Of a DNA stretch of 64,000 bases, positions 50,778 to 64,000 are shown piece by piece. Positions within the stretch are counted from its first letter, which is position 1. Each line of letters begins with the position of its first letter. The notes under the pieces were generated by a model. That model worked only from the letters and a program-made list of their open reading frames with translations. It made no database searches and had not been told where the DNA came from. The DNA is from Octopus sinensis. Lineage: Eukaryota. Position numbers and translations under genes: made by a program. The stretch lies in contig NW_021832593.1 of NCBI RefSeq assembly GCF_006345805.1, forward strand, positions 45,590 to 109,589, written 5' to 3'.

Positions 50778-50975
50778 TTCTTTTACTTGTTTTAGTTATT
50801 GAACTACAGCCATGCTGTGGCATCGCACTGAAAAATTTTAGTCGCACGAATCGAATCCAGTAATTAATGTTAAAGCCTGATACGTATTTTATCGATCCCT
50901 TAAGCCGAACCGCTAAGTTACGGGAACGTAAATTCACCAACACCGGTTGTCAAGTGGTGGTTGTGGGACAAGCAT
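50778..50975 (-). mobile_element. SINE family B, 3' half
   Basis: Tail and gaaccgctaagttacggg motifs. Confidence 0.75.
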
Positions 50976-51241
50976 AGAGATAGGATGTCAGTAGCTCTCA
51001 CCCAACAGAGACTATATAAAGCTATATAAAGTATATAACCCAACAGAGACTATATAAAGTAACTTCAATGCATCGCAGTCCGACGATGGATTAACTGGAT
51101 AAAACTTCGAAGTCAGTGTCAATATTTTTGTTGAAAAGGAAAGATTAACCAACCATATGTGTGTATGTGTGCGTGTTTGTGTGTGTGTGTTTGTGCTTGT
51201 ATGTGTGTATGTGTATTTGTGTGTGTTGTGTGTGTGTGTGT

Positions 51242-51321
<80 letters not shown>

Positions 51322-52670
51322 TCACCTGGAATATTTTTTTTTCGTTGAGACTTTTCGAATCGTATGATTTGAATAGAATTATTACATCTGATTTAACTTC
51401 GTTATCAAAGATGCACTTCTCATATCTGTAACACAATCACTTGCTGAATCCAACTATCAGGCTCTTATAGTTCGTTTAATCTACTAGAAGAAGCAGCCAA
51501 TTATTCTCAAATCAAACGCTAACATTCTAATTAAAAAATTCATTGGACATCAGAGACATTGCTATATATAGATATGACTGGATGGGCACTGATGAAGCGT
51601 TATTGATCACAAAACTCGCCGACCAGAAATAACCTAGGGCTACACAACTTCAGCATAAACTGTGACAGTAACTAATAACCAGTCTTTTTTCTTTTTTTCT
51701 TTTTTGTTTTAATGATACCTATCGTATTAAGTTTGATGCGGCTCTCGGCAAAATAGAAAATACATTGTTATAGCAATAATTGTGTCAAAGACCGATTTCA
51801 TGGAAGCGGTTCAGCCAATATCGTTCAGTAATGAAGTTTGTCGTTTTTATCAAAAATAGTTCCCATATCAAAGAGAAAATCTAATTTAGTAAAAACCGAA
51901 TCCTTTGAAAAGAGCAATCTGTAAATGGATCTGATGGAAAGCAAACTCTAGCCGAATCTCTTTCATATTGAGGCAATCAATATTAACAAATGTTGCGGTG
52001 TGACGAGTAAGAAACAGGTTTGTCATAACTATGATGATGTTAACTCTCCATAAACAACCCATACGACTTGGTTTTTTATCCCCGTTCTAGTTGTTCCACT
52101 TCCTTTCCTTTTATTTACTACTTTAGCTCTATTTTTCAAATAATCCAGGGCGCGTCGACAAAAGGATAGCATCTATTCCCTGTCTTTGATGATGCTGTTT
52201 CTCAGATTCTAGTAGGTTCTTCACTACTTTACTTTCTGATGGGTTTGAATTGAGGGGCTGTACCCATACACACGCCACCAGGTAGCAGCAATAACGATGG
52301 CATTAAAGATTTTTTTTTAACAAGAGGAGTAGTGAGCTTGAGTAGAGATGACACACTGTCAGATACATTCGATGGACAGAAGCCACTGCGGTAGCCGTAC
52401 AAAATTCTGAGTGAGGAGACCGCATATCTGGTAGCCAGGATTGAGGTGTATTGATATATCTGATAGGGAAGGGTTGGTATGGTCATTTCACACACCCAAC
52501 TAATGAAGAATTGGAAATATTTTGGAAACTCATTTCCAAACGCATACATACGTACATACACACATACATACATACATACATACATACATACATACATAAA
52601 TCAGTGTTGCTATTAAGTTAGACATGGCCTGGGCCAATATTTGGCCCAAACATATCTAGCACGCACGCGC

Positions 52671-52722
<52 letters not shown>

Positions 52723-52744
52723 AAACACACACGCATATATATGT

Positions 52745-52989
52745 AAACCTAGTACTTATTCTATCGGTTTCTCTTGCCGAACCGCTAAGTTACAGATCCG
52801 TAAACACACAGGCATCGGTTGTCAAGCGATGTTGGGGAACAAATACACAGACACATACACACAAACATACAACACACACACACACACACACGCACGCACG
52901 CACGCACGCACACCACACACACACACACACACACACACACCACACACACACACACACCACACACACACATATATATATATATATAATAT

Positions 52990-53020
<31 letters not shown>

Positions 53021-53801
53021 TATATATAAATTTGACATGGGCGATTCTTTCTTGTCTTGGGATTCACGGTCAAACGGCTGGGTGGAATTGCACGAAAAAT
53101 TACACAGATGTGTAGAATGATCCGGTGGTGATGCTGGGCTTTGTAATATTTTCATAGCTCCCATGGCTACCGAGATAATCTATTATAATAACGCTCTTTT
53201 GTTTATGAATGAGAAAGGAAGGGGTGATGTACGCTAAAAAAATAAATTAAACAGTGTTTCAACTCTGTGTGAATATATGTGTGTGTATCTAAAAAGGGGA
53301 TATGTGAATGTGTGTGTGTGTGTGTGCATATGTGTGTGTGGATATGTGCGTGTGCGTGTGCGTGCGCAATGGAAATGGGATGGTTCATCTTTGTTCGCTT
53401 AGTATTTTGGTTTATATTTTGATTTGTTTAAATCTTAGTTGGTTTTCTCTTTGTTGGTCAGTTATTTTTAGCGTTTTGACAGAAAAAAGTCATTCTAAAA
53501 TTGTTTTTTTAACGTAAGATTTCCCAAACAAGTTGAATGCTCACACAGAGCAGGTTTTACAGCCATGTAATTCAAACCGACCCGGTGAAACCGGGCTTAG
53601 CTGCTGGTGTATATATATATATATATATATATATACGACGGGCTTCTTTCAGTTTCCATTTACTAAATCCCCTCACAAGGGTTTGGTCGGCCCGAGGCAA
53701 TAGCAGAAGACACTTCCCCAAGGCCCCACGCAGTGAGACTGAACCCGGAACCATGTGGTTGGTAAGCAAGCTACTTACTACACAAGCACGCCTGCGCCTG
53801 C
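52745..53801 (-). mobile_element. Family-B SINE fragments at 52745-52870 (middle) and 53633-53801 (5' half)
   Basis: Family-B motifs separated by microsatellites and unique DNA. Confidence 0.75.
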
Positions 53802-53904
53802 CATACAGCCACTCCGGCGCCTCACAATTCCAACAACAAATGCCACCTCTCTATTAAAAACTGGCTCTCCGTCGGGTATGACGACGAGTGGTCCCAGTTA
53901 TATA

Positions 53905-54117
53905 TTGGTTTGAAATGCTGGTAAAAGCCAGTAAGTCCGAGAGGAGAGAGTAAGTCCATTACATCAACCCAAGAGTTCGATCGGTATTTATTTTATTGAT
54001 CCAGAAAAAAACTGGTGGAATTTGAACTCAGAACGTAAAGACGGGTGAAACTTAGAACGTAAATGCCGTTAAGCATGTTACGAGACTGGCTAAAGATTCC
54101 GCCAGCTGAACGCCTTA
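53905..54117 (-). mobile_element. SINE family A (A2), diverged
   Basis: ggaatttgaactcagaacgtaaag and gattccgccagct motifs. Confidence 0.75.
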
Positions 54118-54222
54118 CCTCTGTAATTTATTGTTTGCAACAGTACACCAGATTGTATAAGAATATATTTTATTAATCAATAATAAATTTTAGAGCGAGT
54201 TATAAACAGTAGCTGCAACACA

Positions 54223-54424
54223 TGGTGACGTATATTTGCCATTTAAATATGGCTAACCCCTAAGGGTGGATGCTACTGTAGTTCGTAGCCCCAGGGGGAC
54301 ATTTCTCCAGCTGGCTATAGTGTGTCTATAGCCAGCTGGAGGAGGTGTCCTCCTGGGGCTACAAACTACAGTAGCATCCACCCTTAGGGGTTAGCTATAT
54401 TTAAATGGCAAATATACGTCACTA
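54223..54424. mobile_element. Palindromic MITE-like element, ~98-bp arms with a 5-nt loop
   Basis: gtgacgtatatttgcc...ccagctggctatag-tgtgt-ctatagccagctgg...ggcaaatatacgtcac. Confidence 0.9.
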
Positions 54425-55026
54425 TATTTTATTAGTTTCCGTAAAACAAATATGGAATATAATGGCGTCGAGTTTTTGCCTGTCATTGTACTTGTTGGTG
54501 ATAGTAATGTTATCGAAACATTTTCCTATTTCAATACAAATAAGTTCTCATCAGAAAATGTCTTAAGGAATAATTTGTGATGAAATTATCTTGTAAATTG
54601 CGTTATTCCAAGTGAATTCTCGTCTTGCTAATTTTTACCTAACACCTCGACGTTTTTGGCAATATTCAATTATAGATAAATTCTTATTTTTCTGCATACA
54701 GAAGCGTCTTTGGAATTCTTGAATAAAAATTTTGGCTTACTGAAGAAACGTATTCTATAAATGAAGACGATGATTTTCAAATTTCTTCAGACTCTCCTTT
54801 ATATTTCGGTAAATATATTCTTGTAAATAGTATTTGTTTTTTTTTTGAATCTCAACATTGGTGTTTGCTTGACAACACAAAACACGATAAACCTACCGAA
54901 TGAAAAAGGAAAAGAAATTCGTTCTTTGCTTCTGAAATTCAAAGAAATGTGTTTTGTTTAGTTTTTACTCAACAATTCCTCCCAAAGAGAATACACAGAC
55001 ACACACGCTTTCGCTCTCTCTCTCTA

Positions 55027-55061
<35 letters not shown>

Positions 55062-55065
55062 ATAC

Positions 55066-55110
<45 letters not shown>

Positions 55111-55453
55111 GCATACATATATATAGGTACATCTAACTATGCATATATATATATATGTGTGTGTGTATACATATATACATGTCATACATATATACATATA
55201 TATGTAGATATATATACACACATGCATATATATATATTTATATATGTCATACATATATGCATATATATGTAGATACATATACACACATATACATATATAT
55301 ATATGTGTGTGTGTATATGTATATGTATATGCATATATATCGTACGCTTATAAATTCATTCGCAATATTGTTTTGTAGTTTCATTCGCATGTTTATATTT
55401 TTTGTGAGTGTGTGTGTGTGTAAGTGTGTATGTTTGCTTGTTTGTGTGCGTTT

Positions 55454-55502
<49 letters not shown>

Positions 55503-55605
55503 TAAATTCAAAAATACGTGTTCGTGTTTTCATGTCAAACATAATTTTCTTCCTTTCTTTCCTTTTCTCCCTCCTTTCTCCGTGCCATTCTTGTATTCTA
55601 TTTAG

Positions 55606-55691
55606 AATTGGGGAGAACGGCAGCAGCAGCCATTCTAAGTGACTCCACACATAGTTTTACATGGAATCCTGCAATAGAAAAAGGTATAAAG
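55606..55691 (+). other. Best candidate host exon (86 nt)
   Basis: Long polypyrimidine tract plus tttag|55606 and consensus donor AAG|gtgagt at 55691/92. One frame is open (LGRTAAAAILSDSTHSFTWNPAIEKGIK); alternatively a 5' UTR exon with ATG (MESCNRKRYK). Confidence 0.4.
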
Positions 55692-55931
55692 GTGAGTGTA
55701 TCGATCACCAGTAAATGTTATCACCTTTAAACTCCTTGCAGCGGCCAATATTTATTCATAGAATTATTGATTTCTCACAATACAATATCGATCTCTTCTA
55801 CACTACTACATATTCAAACATTACAATTCATGTGTTTTTTTCCTTCTTTTTCTATACTTAAATACATATTTCTTTCAAATAATTCCTGCATCGAACTCCT
55901 CCACCAGAGAGAGAGAGAGAGAGGGAGAGAA

Positions 55932-56026
<95 letters not shown>

Positions 56027-56369
56027 TCTCTTTTTCTTCCAACGAAAACAATCGCAGAGATTACTTGTTAACTTTTTACTTTTTATATAAATTTTCTTGG
56101 ATTCTATATTAATAAATTTTTATTTTAGAAGTTCAGAATTGATTTTCAATTATTCTCGACGACTGCATTGTATGTGTTTTGTATTTTTCATGTCCATTGA
56201 ACTCTTTCGATTCAGACATTTTGTCATCACATCGGGGAAAACACTTTCGTTACATCTGATGCTTTTGCAATCTGAAATTAAAAATAAAGAAACATTCTTT
56301 TATTAAATTCTCTGATGACATCAAATGGAATTATGATTTCCTCGTTTTATTTTCAAATGAGCATGCGTG

Positions 56370-56410
<41 letters not shown>

Positions 56411-56421
<11 letters not shown>

Positions 56422-56652
56422 GCGACCATGCTGGGGCATTGCCTTGAAGAGTTTGGTCGAAAAAATTGACCACGGTGGCGATACTTCTTTTACTTGGCAA
56501 TTCCATCCGAACCGCTAACTTTCGGGGATGTAAACAATATAACACCGGTTGACAAGCAGTAACGGAATAAACAGAAGCACAAGGAGACACACACACACAT
56601 ATGCTCAGGCGTAGCTGTATGGTAAGTAGCTTGCTTCCCAACCACATGGTTG
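56411..56652. mobile_element. Family-B SINE fragments (56411-56590 minus; 56606-56652 plus head)
   Basis: Family-B motifs. Confidence 0.65.
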
Positions 56653-56811
56653 CTTTGTGATACATTTATTTTATCGACCTAAATCAAATGGAAGTAAAAA
56701 ATAACATGACCTGGGTTTGAACCAAAGGCGTAAGTGGACGAAGCTAAATAAAATGTTTCATTCGTCACTGAGAATGATGTCATCTCCTGTTGTAATTTTA
56801 ATATTTTTCCT

Positions 56812-57345
56812 AATTTAGGCACAAGGCCAGCAATTTTGACCTCGGCGCATAATTGAACTCAGAATGTAAAGGGCCGAAACAAATACCGATTTCTTTACTA
56901 CCCACAAGGGGCTAAACACAGAGGGGACAAACAAGGACAGACAAACGGATTAAGTCGATTATATCGACCCCAGTGTGTAACTGTTACTTAATTTATCGAC
57001 CCCGAAAGGATGAAAGGCAAAGTCGACCTCGGTGGAATTTGAACTCAGAACGTAACGGTAGACGAAATACCTATTTCTTTACTACCCACAAGGGGCTAAA
57101 CACAGAGGTGACAAACAAGGACAGACAAACGGATTAAGTCGATTACATCGAACCCAGTGCGTAACTGGTACTTAATTTATCGACCCCGAAAGGATGAAAG
57201 GCAAAGTCGACCTCGGCGGAATTTGAACTCAGAACGCAGCGGCGGACGAAATATCGCAAAGCATTTCGCCCGGCGTGCTAACGTCTCTGCCAGCTCGCCG
57301 CCGAAACAAATGCCCCTTCCATTTCACCGTGTTCCAAAGATTTGG
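56812..57345 (-). mobile_element. Nested SINEs: old A2 host split by an A1 head-(body-tail)x2 dimer (56888-57300)
   Basis: TSD ccgaaacaaat(a/g)cc at 56874-87 and 57301-14; host head remnant at 57315-57345; internal junction at 57071/72. Confidence 0.85.
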
Positions 57346-57674
57346 CCATCATACCGCCTCTCTCTACGCTTTAAATATTTATAGTTATCGCTATAGTGGA
57401 TGCTTTCATCGGTACTAAATAATTATATTATCACAACCCAACAATACAATTTTCATTGGTTTCTTGTAATAGAATTACAACAAACAAACATAACTGTCAA
57501 CGAAAAATAATGAAATTTTTGCAAGCATTTACTAATCTAGTTACGACATTGAAAACAAAATAATATCGTTGTAAAGACAATATCTTAGACCAAACGTAAA
57601 AACCAGAATAATAAAAAAGACGTCGTAAAGAACGGCTTCAATAATGCCCGGTTGAAGCATAAATGCACGGGAAT

Positions 57675-57950
57675 ATTGTTGGTCATATTTTAATTGTGTA
57701 CCATTCATATTTTAATGTGGTATCGATCTTATTTTAATGACATTTTTAATAATGTATTAATCATATTTTCATGAGATACTAATTATATTTTAAGCACATT
57801 CCTATCGTATCTTAAGGTTGTGTGAAGCGTATTTTAATGAGATATCAGTCGCATATCAACATTTTAATGACATGCAATCATATTTTATGACGTATTAATC
57901 ACGCTTTAATGATACACAAGTATAATTTAATGGCATATCAATCATAATTC
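57675..57950. repeat. Degenerate ~22-24-bp minisatellite (tattttaatgacatatcaatca-like)
   Basis: Recurrent attttaatg cores at roughly regular spacing. Confidence 0.6.
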
Positions 57951-58544
57951 AATAAGAAACAAAAAACTGTTGATATCGTTGTCATCGTTGTTAATCCAGT
58001 TAAATCTGATAAATAATCAATCTAACTGACAATCAAAATTAATCTAACCATGACCATCCCCACAGCTATTGCGTCCTTTTTAAAGATACTATGATATAGT
58101 TTTGAGGGAGGTTTGCTGCTATTTCTAGCAAAAAATACTGCGATGTAGACGCTGCTTCATCTTTTATAGAGGTGGCACAATTTTTACGTTGTGCCTGAAA
58201 TGCTAGAGATAGCTACTAAATCTCCTCCAAAAACACCCGCTACAGTTTGAAAAGAGAGATATACACTGGATATTGTTTTCTGGAGATTATTATCCATAGA
58301 GAGGGTGGTCACAGTTGAAATATCATCGATAATCAGGCTTCTAGACCGGCGCTGGTGGAAGGTTAGATAGCAACAACAGCAACTACATTGAAGAAGACGA
58401 AACAAAAGTGAAAATAAAATAACCAGTCCATAGATGTAGGATTAAATACTGGTGTATCTAATAACTATTACAAGTAGAGCAGTGGCGGAAAAAAAGGCCT
58501 TGCGGCATTCTTATATCATGTTGAGTCCTTTTATATCATCTTTT

Positions 58545-59076
58545 CTACTCATCGCACAAGGCCCGAAATCTTGGGGAAGGGGGCCAGTCGATTAGGTCGA
58601 CCCCAGTACGCAACTCGTAGTTAACTTATCGATCTCAAAAGGATGAAAGGCTAAGTGGAACTCGACGGAATTTGAACTCAGAATATAAAGACAGATGAAA
58701 TACCTATTTCGTTACTACCCACAAGGGGTTAAACACAGAGAGGACAAACATGAACAGACAAACGGATGAAGTCGATTATATTTGTTCCCTCTGTGTTCAG
58801 CCCCTTGTGGGTAGTAAACAAATATATATATATGTATATATATAACGACGGCGAGCTGGCAGAAACGCTAGCGCGCCGGGCGAAATGCTTAGCGGTGTGT
58901 CGTCTGTCGTTACGTTCTGAGTTCAAATTCTGCCGGGGTCGACTTTGCCTTTCATCCTTTCGGGGTCGATAAATTAAGTACCAGTTACGCACTGGGGGTC
59001 GATGTAATCAACTTAATCCTTTGTCTGTCCTTGTTTGTCCTCTCTATGTTTAGCCCCTTGTGGGCAGTAAAGAAAT
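58545..59076. mobile_element. SINE-A cluster: host body (58545-58704, -), A1 tail (58705-58787, -), inverted A1 tail (58788-58822, +), full A1 (58847-59076, +)
   Basis: Direct alignment to family-A motifs. Confidence 0.82.
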
Positions 59077-59869
59077 ATATATATATATATATAATATAAT
59101 ATAATATAATATAAATATATATATATATGTTTATATATATATACATACACATACACATACATATATGTGTATACATACATTTATACATGTATCTATATAT
59201 ATGTATATTTACGTCTGTACATGTATGTATATATACATTTACAGCTATACATGTATGTTTATATGTGTGTGAGTGTGTGTGTGTGCGTGTGTATGTATAT
59301 ATATGTATATGTATACAGAGAGAGAGATACACTCGTACACATATAGACACACACACGCATACACACACACACATACATACACACATATATATGTATATCT
59401 TTTTTGCGCAGCGTACGCACCTGTGTACACCTGATTGCGCTAGTTCCTACGTTTCTCTAATTAAAGAATATTGGTTTTTAAAAAATACACAGTTTCAAAT
59501 GAAGGAAATTAATACGAAACCTTTCAAGTTTAGAAATGTCGCGACAAGATTCAAATTATTAAATTTAACTGATTAAATTATTTAATTGTAACTGTATTGA
59601 CACTATAAGGCGACATTTTCTCATCGAAAATTTAAAAAGCATTTCACAACTGGTGTTAAAATCCTTTGGTGTAATTTTTGTTTTACATTAGCGTTAAGAA
59701 AATGGATTTCATTCATTATTTTTTGCTGTTTAATTATTTATCTAAGGCGGAAAAGGAAAATGGTGTCTATAGCATGTTTAGGTTCGTCTATAAAAGTTTT
59801 ATTATTATTTTGTCTGGATTTTGCTTTGAGTTTGTCTCAGAAGCATTAGAAAATTTCATTTTTGATAAT

Positions 59870-60560
59870 ATGTGAAGAAAGATCGTTTTAGACTGTATTT
59901 TTCTTAAGATATGAGCGGTCCCCATGAGTACTAGTTTCTGAATTTCTTCTATTTTTGATTTGCCTGGGTAATAATCAGACCCTTTTGCTATTATTCTTAG
60001 GGCACCTATAACCGCAAGTACTGATCTATCCTTCAGTTTCCACATTTTGATAATTACTGCTTCAAGATCTTTGCACTTTCTCACATTTGGTAGGTCTTAA
60101 CAAATACATTTCTATCAACTGGGGCAGTCATATCTATGAGGTGTCATGATTTTTGTTTGAAATCCTTCAATATAATATCTGGCGAATTAGCATCTATCTT
60201 TCAGTCACGTTGGGCAGTTAAAGTCCCATAAAAGTGAGATATGATCTTTTGCCAGCACTGGAGGTAGTATGTGTTCCTACCAGTTGCAGTGATGGGACAG
60301 ATCCAAATCCTTGCAAATTATCCAATGGATATAATGTGCAGCTAAATATCATACCTGTTGAGATACTCAGATGATCGAAGAAGGCTACGCATGAAGGCGA
60401 AGTGATCGATGGTTTCAGGCTGTTTTTCACATACTCAACATGTTGGGCTGCAAACATTCTTGAAGTTGTTCTTAAAGACAGCCATTGATCATGAGCGGCT
60501 CTGATAGACTCTTCTGTCTCAGACTTTAAGCCAGACTTTTAACCACTAACCCAGAAGATG
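59870..60560 (-). mobile_element. Second R4-like REL LINE family, 3' fragment
   Basis: Degenerate ETE..I.AA.DQ, CCHC remnant, ANSPDIILKDF, LIDMTAP, KCKDLEAVIIKMWKLK...VIGAL...EIQKLVLMGTAHILRK. Confidence 0.85.
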
Positions 60561-60587
60561 GATAAGGGCGTTGTCAATATCAACATT

Positions 60588-60647
<60 letters not shown>

Positions 60648-60944
60648 TCCCTCTCTCTCCCCTCTTTCTTCTCTCTCTCTCATTCTCTCCCCCACCTCTC
60701 TCTCTCTCTAAATACTCTACTGCCCTGTAACTTAGAGTATGCTTCTCTTTCAGATTTATGATTTGCTGATTATATATATATATATTACTTAATGAAATTC
60801 CAACTTCGTCTTATTTTCACGTTTTAATGAGATGATAGACTATTAAATGTCCATTCTGATTGAATTAATATTTTCATGCATTAAACTATGCAATGTTCAA
60901 GTTCATGTAGTAGTGGTGACAGTTATGTTTTACAGTTTACAAAA

Positions 60945-61030
60945 TTTAGTCTTGGGGTCAATTTCTTCGACTAAAAGTCCCCACTTCAGCATGGCTGCAG
61001 TCAAATGACTAAAACAAGTAAAAGAATATA
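60945..61030 (+). mobile_element. SINE family B tail
   Basis: cgactaaaag...cagcatggctgcagtcaaatgactaaaacaagtaaaaga. Confidence 0.75.
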
Positions 61031-61053
61031 AGCATAAAAGAATACACACACAC

Positions 61054-61088
<35 letters not shown>

Positions 61089-62239
61089 CACTGATACCCA
61101 GCAATGATAGAATGAGAAGCTGACTTTATAACCAACTACTGGAATCAATATATAATACTGCTACAGATAAGTGTTGATCGTGTTCTCCAATGAACTTTGA
61201 ATGAAGTCCGCCATCTTTGTATTTAAATTCATATTAGTTCTTCTAATGATGTTATTAAATACCCATGTATGTACCTTTGTAGAAATCTATCTAATTAATA
61301 TAGCTATTATAGTGATTATAAATGAAGTAATTATTTAAAAAGAAACTCTCATATGTTGACTGTATGTCTAGGTGAGTAAATAATCATTTACATAATGGAG
61401 ATGTATATTAATTCACAGCGGGTTTATTCAGTTATCATCTACATACAACCACACACTGAGATAAAGCATTCAGATAGATGAATATTCAAAATGTAATTAA
61501 CTTTATACAGACTTCCTTCTCAGTTATTGTGGAGTCATTATTTACAACGTAGTATATTAACGAGATAAAACTTCAGTTAGTCCTCACACATATCGATGTA
61601 AGGTCTTACACATATGCAATCACTAACTCACACGCACGCACACACAAACGAATCCACGTGCACGCACATGCGCACATATACAAACACGCACTCTTACTCT
61701 CGGCAAACTCATCGTAGACTACGATATATACACGACCAGTTTTCAGAGGATCGATATAATGTCATCTGGCATAAAACCAATACCGGGGGGGGGGCGTTGG
61801 TGGCCTTTATATGGGGTTGATCATTAGCCAACATATAGCTGCTATGTTCCCAAACCCAGCCATGAGGCCGCTGAGTAACACCAGGAGTTCTGCAGTTATT
61901 CTTTCTACTAAAAGATGAGAAAGATTTTATACACATTCACCCAGATTTTAAATAATTCAATATATTATATATGAATATAATATATATTATATATATATAG
62001 CCCGTTTGATTGGAAAATTCTATAAATGGCTGAAGATTGCTCGACATTTTAAAACTGATGCAATACTTACAGTGTTTAATAAAATGAAGTAGCATGGAAC
62101 AATTGTACTACTCTACCTCGGGAATACTTGTTGCTTATTTTGATTATAATCATCCCTTTTGATTTATATGGATAATGCATACAAATTCTGGTGCCTTTGA
62201 CTTAAGTACCATATTCATCTTAATCTAAATTTTGCTGAT

Positions 62240-62314
<75 letters not shown>

Positions 62315-62417
62315 GTATATATATATATGTATATATATATATGTAATATATGTGCGTGTATTTATGTATGTGTGTATGTATGTATGTGTGTATGTATGTA
62401 CGTATGTATGTATTTAG

Positions 62418-62448
<31 letters not shown>

Positions 62449-62590
62449 AACATGCATACATACAAACACACGCACACATATACATACAGACACATACATA
62501 CATACATATATACATACATACATACATACATACATACATACATACATACATACATACATACATACATAGATACATACATACATACACACA

Positions 62591-62700
62591 AACAAAAATA
62601 CTCTGTTGTTGTTGAAATTCCAATGAAAGAGCCTTGGATCTAGGTTAAAAACCGGTTCTTATCCTATTGGCAAGAAATCTTGAAATAAAACTGATTAATG
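62591..62700 (+). mobile_element. 3' terminus of an R4/Dong-like element (copy D)
   Basis: Matches the 3' UTR end of copy A (gttgaaattccaat...tattggcaagaaatcttgaaataaaac). Confidence 0.85.
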
Positions 62701-62723
62701 ACATACTTACTTACTTACTGACT

Positions 62724-64000
62724 TACATGTGTTTGCAGTTCCAGTACTCCTACCAACATTTGGGTTGCTTGACTGGACGCTTAATGAGAAAAAACAGTGA
62801 CGCAGACCTAAAATGAAAAGAAGGTGGAAGAAGCTGAACATAGATCCAAAGTGCCTTTCAATATCGTATTATATCCCTTCGGCAAAATATTTTAATCGCG
62901 AAGCGCATCCCTTGTCCAAGTTTGCATACATGAGGCTGATAACATCATAAGATTTAAAAGGCAGCGATGTGTTGCATTCCTTGTCTGATAACCTTAAATG
63001 TACATGCCCAAAGAAGTCGCACAACTCTACCTCAACATATCATCAGATGAAAGGATGAGCGTATGAGGGCAGAAGACCATGCATGGATTTGTTAGTAGAA
63101 AGCTCCGAGATAATAGTAAAATTGATCATCAAAGCAGTCTGTCATGGGCCAACAACTGGATTACTACCTTCCACTTTGAAGGGCATGCGTTTGCAATCCA
63201 GGAACAGGAAATATCAACCAAGTACCTGAAAGGAACAGAGACGCTGGAAAACAGTAAAATGTGACAACCGATGCAGACTTTGTGGAGTTAACACCGAAGA
63301 CAACATCAACATCATAAGCAGTTGTCCGAAAATTTCATCAATGAAATCAGAACCCACAGTATGGTTGAAGCCATAGGCCGCATAATAAAAGTATTTACTG
63401 GTGGAGTGTTCCAGTGAAAACCTCAATAAAATGTAAACACAATAGACCTGATATAATGATTTGGGATAGAGAAAAGGAACTGTGTGCACTTGTGGAATTT
63501 TGCCGAAGGGATATAATACGATATTGAAAGGCACTTTGGATCTATGTTCAGCTTCTTCCACCTTCCTTTCATTTTAGGTCTGCGTCACTGCAGATGTAGA
63601 AATAATGCCTGATTGTTAGTATTTTTCTGTTTTTTCTCATTAAGCGTCCAGTCAAGCAACCCAAATGTTAACATAAAGTCAGTGAAACAGTGAATACCAA
63701 CGCTGAACTATTGAGAAGGCAGCAATTACTCTATCCTAATTACTAAATTAGGTTTATACCTGTATTTATCGGAGCCCTGAGATATGTAACACACTGCCTA
63801 AATACCAATCTTGAGAAATTAGGCTTCTCAAATCCAAGAAGGAGAAAGTTAATTTGAAGACTACACAGCCAGTCCATCACTGGAACTGTAAAAATCTTTT
63901 CAGAAATTTATCATTTAGATATATATGAGCATGTCTAGATAGGCAAGTATATGCATGAAAATATATACATAAAGCAAGCCATACAAATCTGTGCATATTC
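62724..64000 (+). mobile_element. R4/Dong-like LINE, 5'-truncated (copy E), running off the window end
   Basis: TFGLLDWT, MHGFVSRKLRD, CRLCGVNTED..IISSCP (63272-63325), NRPDIMIWDRE, IGAL, QSITGTVKIF; same family as copy A. Confidence 0.92.

Noticed and set aside
61700-61830. Tc1-like GGG..V..WG motif
   Set aside because: Single weak motif with no TIR or D/E residues.

Overview
Eukaryotic, AT-rich, microsatellite-dense genomic DNA, probably from an octopus/coleoid cephalopod. This is inferred from the tRNA-derived SINE families and the (TA)n/(TACA)n/(CTAT)n load, not verified by search. No host protein-coding gene can be identified with confidence; the window reads as intronic/intergenic with a few candidate exons. 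Almost all ORFs in the supplied track are translations of microsatellites or SINEs. Recognisable content: a ~3 kb 5'-truncated Tx1/L1-clade LINE inside a (CTAT)n array; six fragments of R4/Dong-like REL-endonuclease LINEs, several stacked head-to-tail in (TACA)n tracts; two RTE-clade LINE 3' fragments, one with three tandem C2H2 fingers; five mariner remnants and one inferred DD37D (maT-like) remnant; about 30 copies of three tRNA-derived SINE families, with nested insertions; several foldback elements; and Penelope-type terminal repeats carrying minimal hammerhead-ribozyme-like motifs. No rRNA, true tRNA or CRISPR array is supported.
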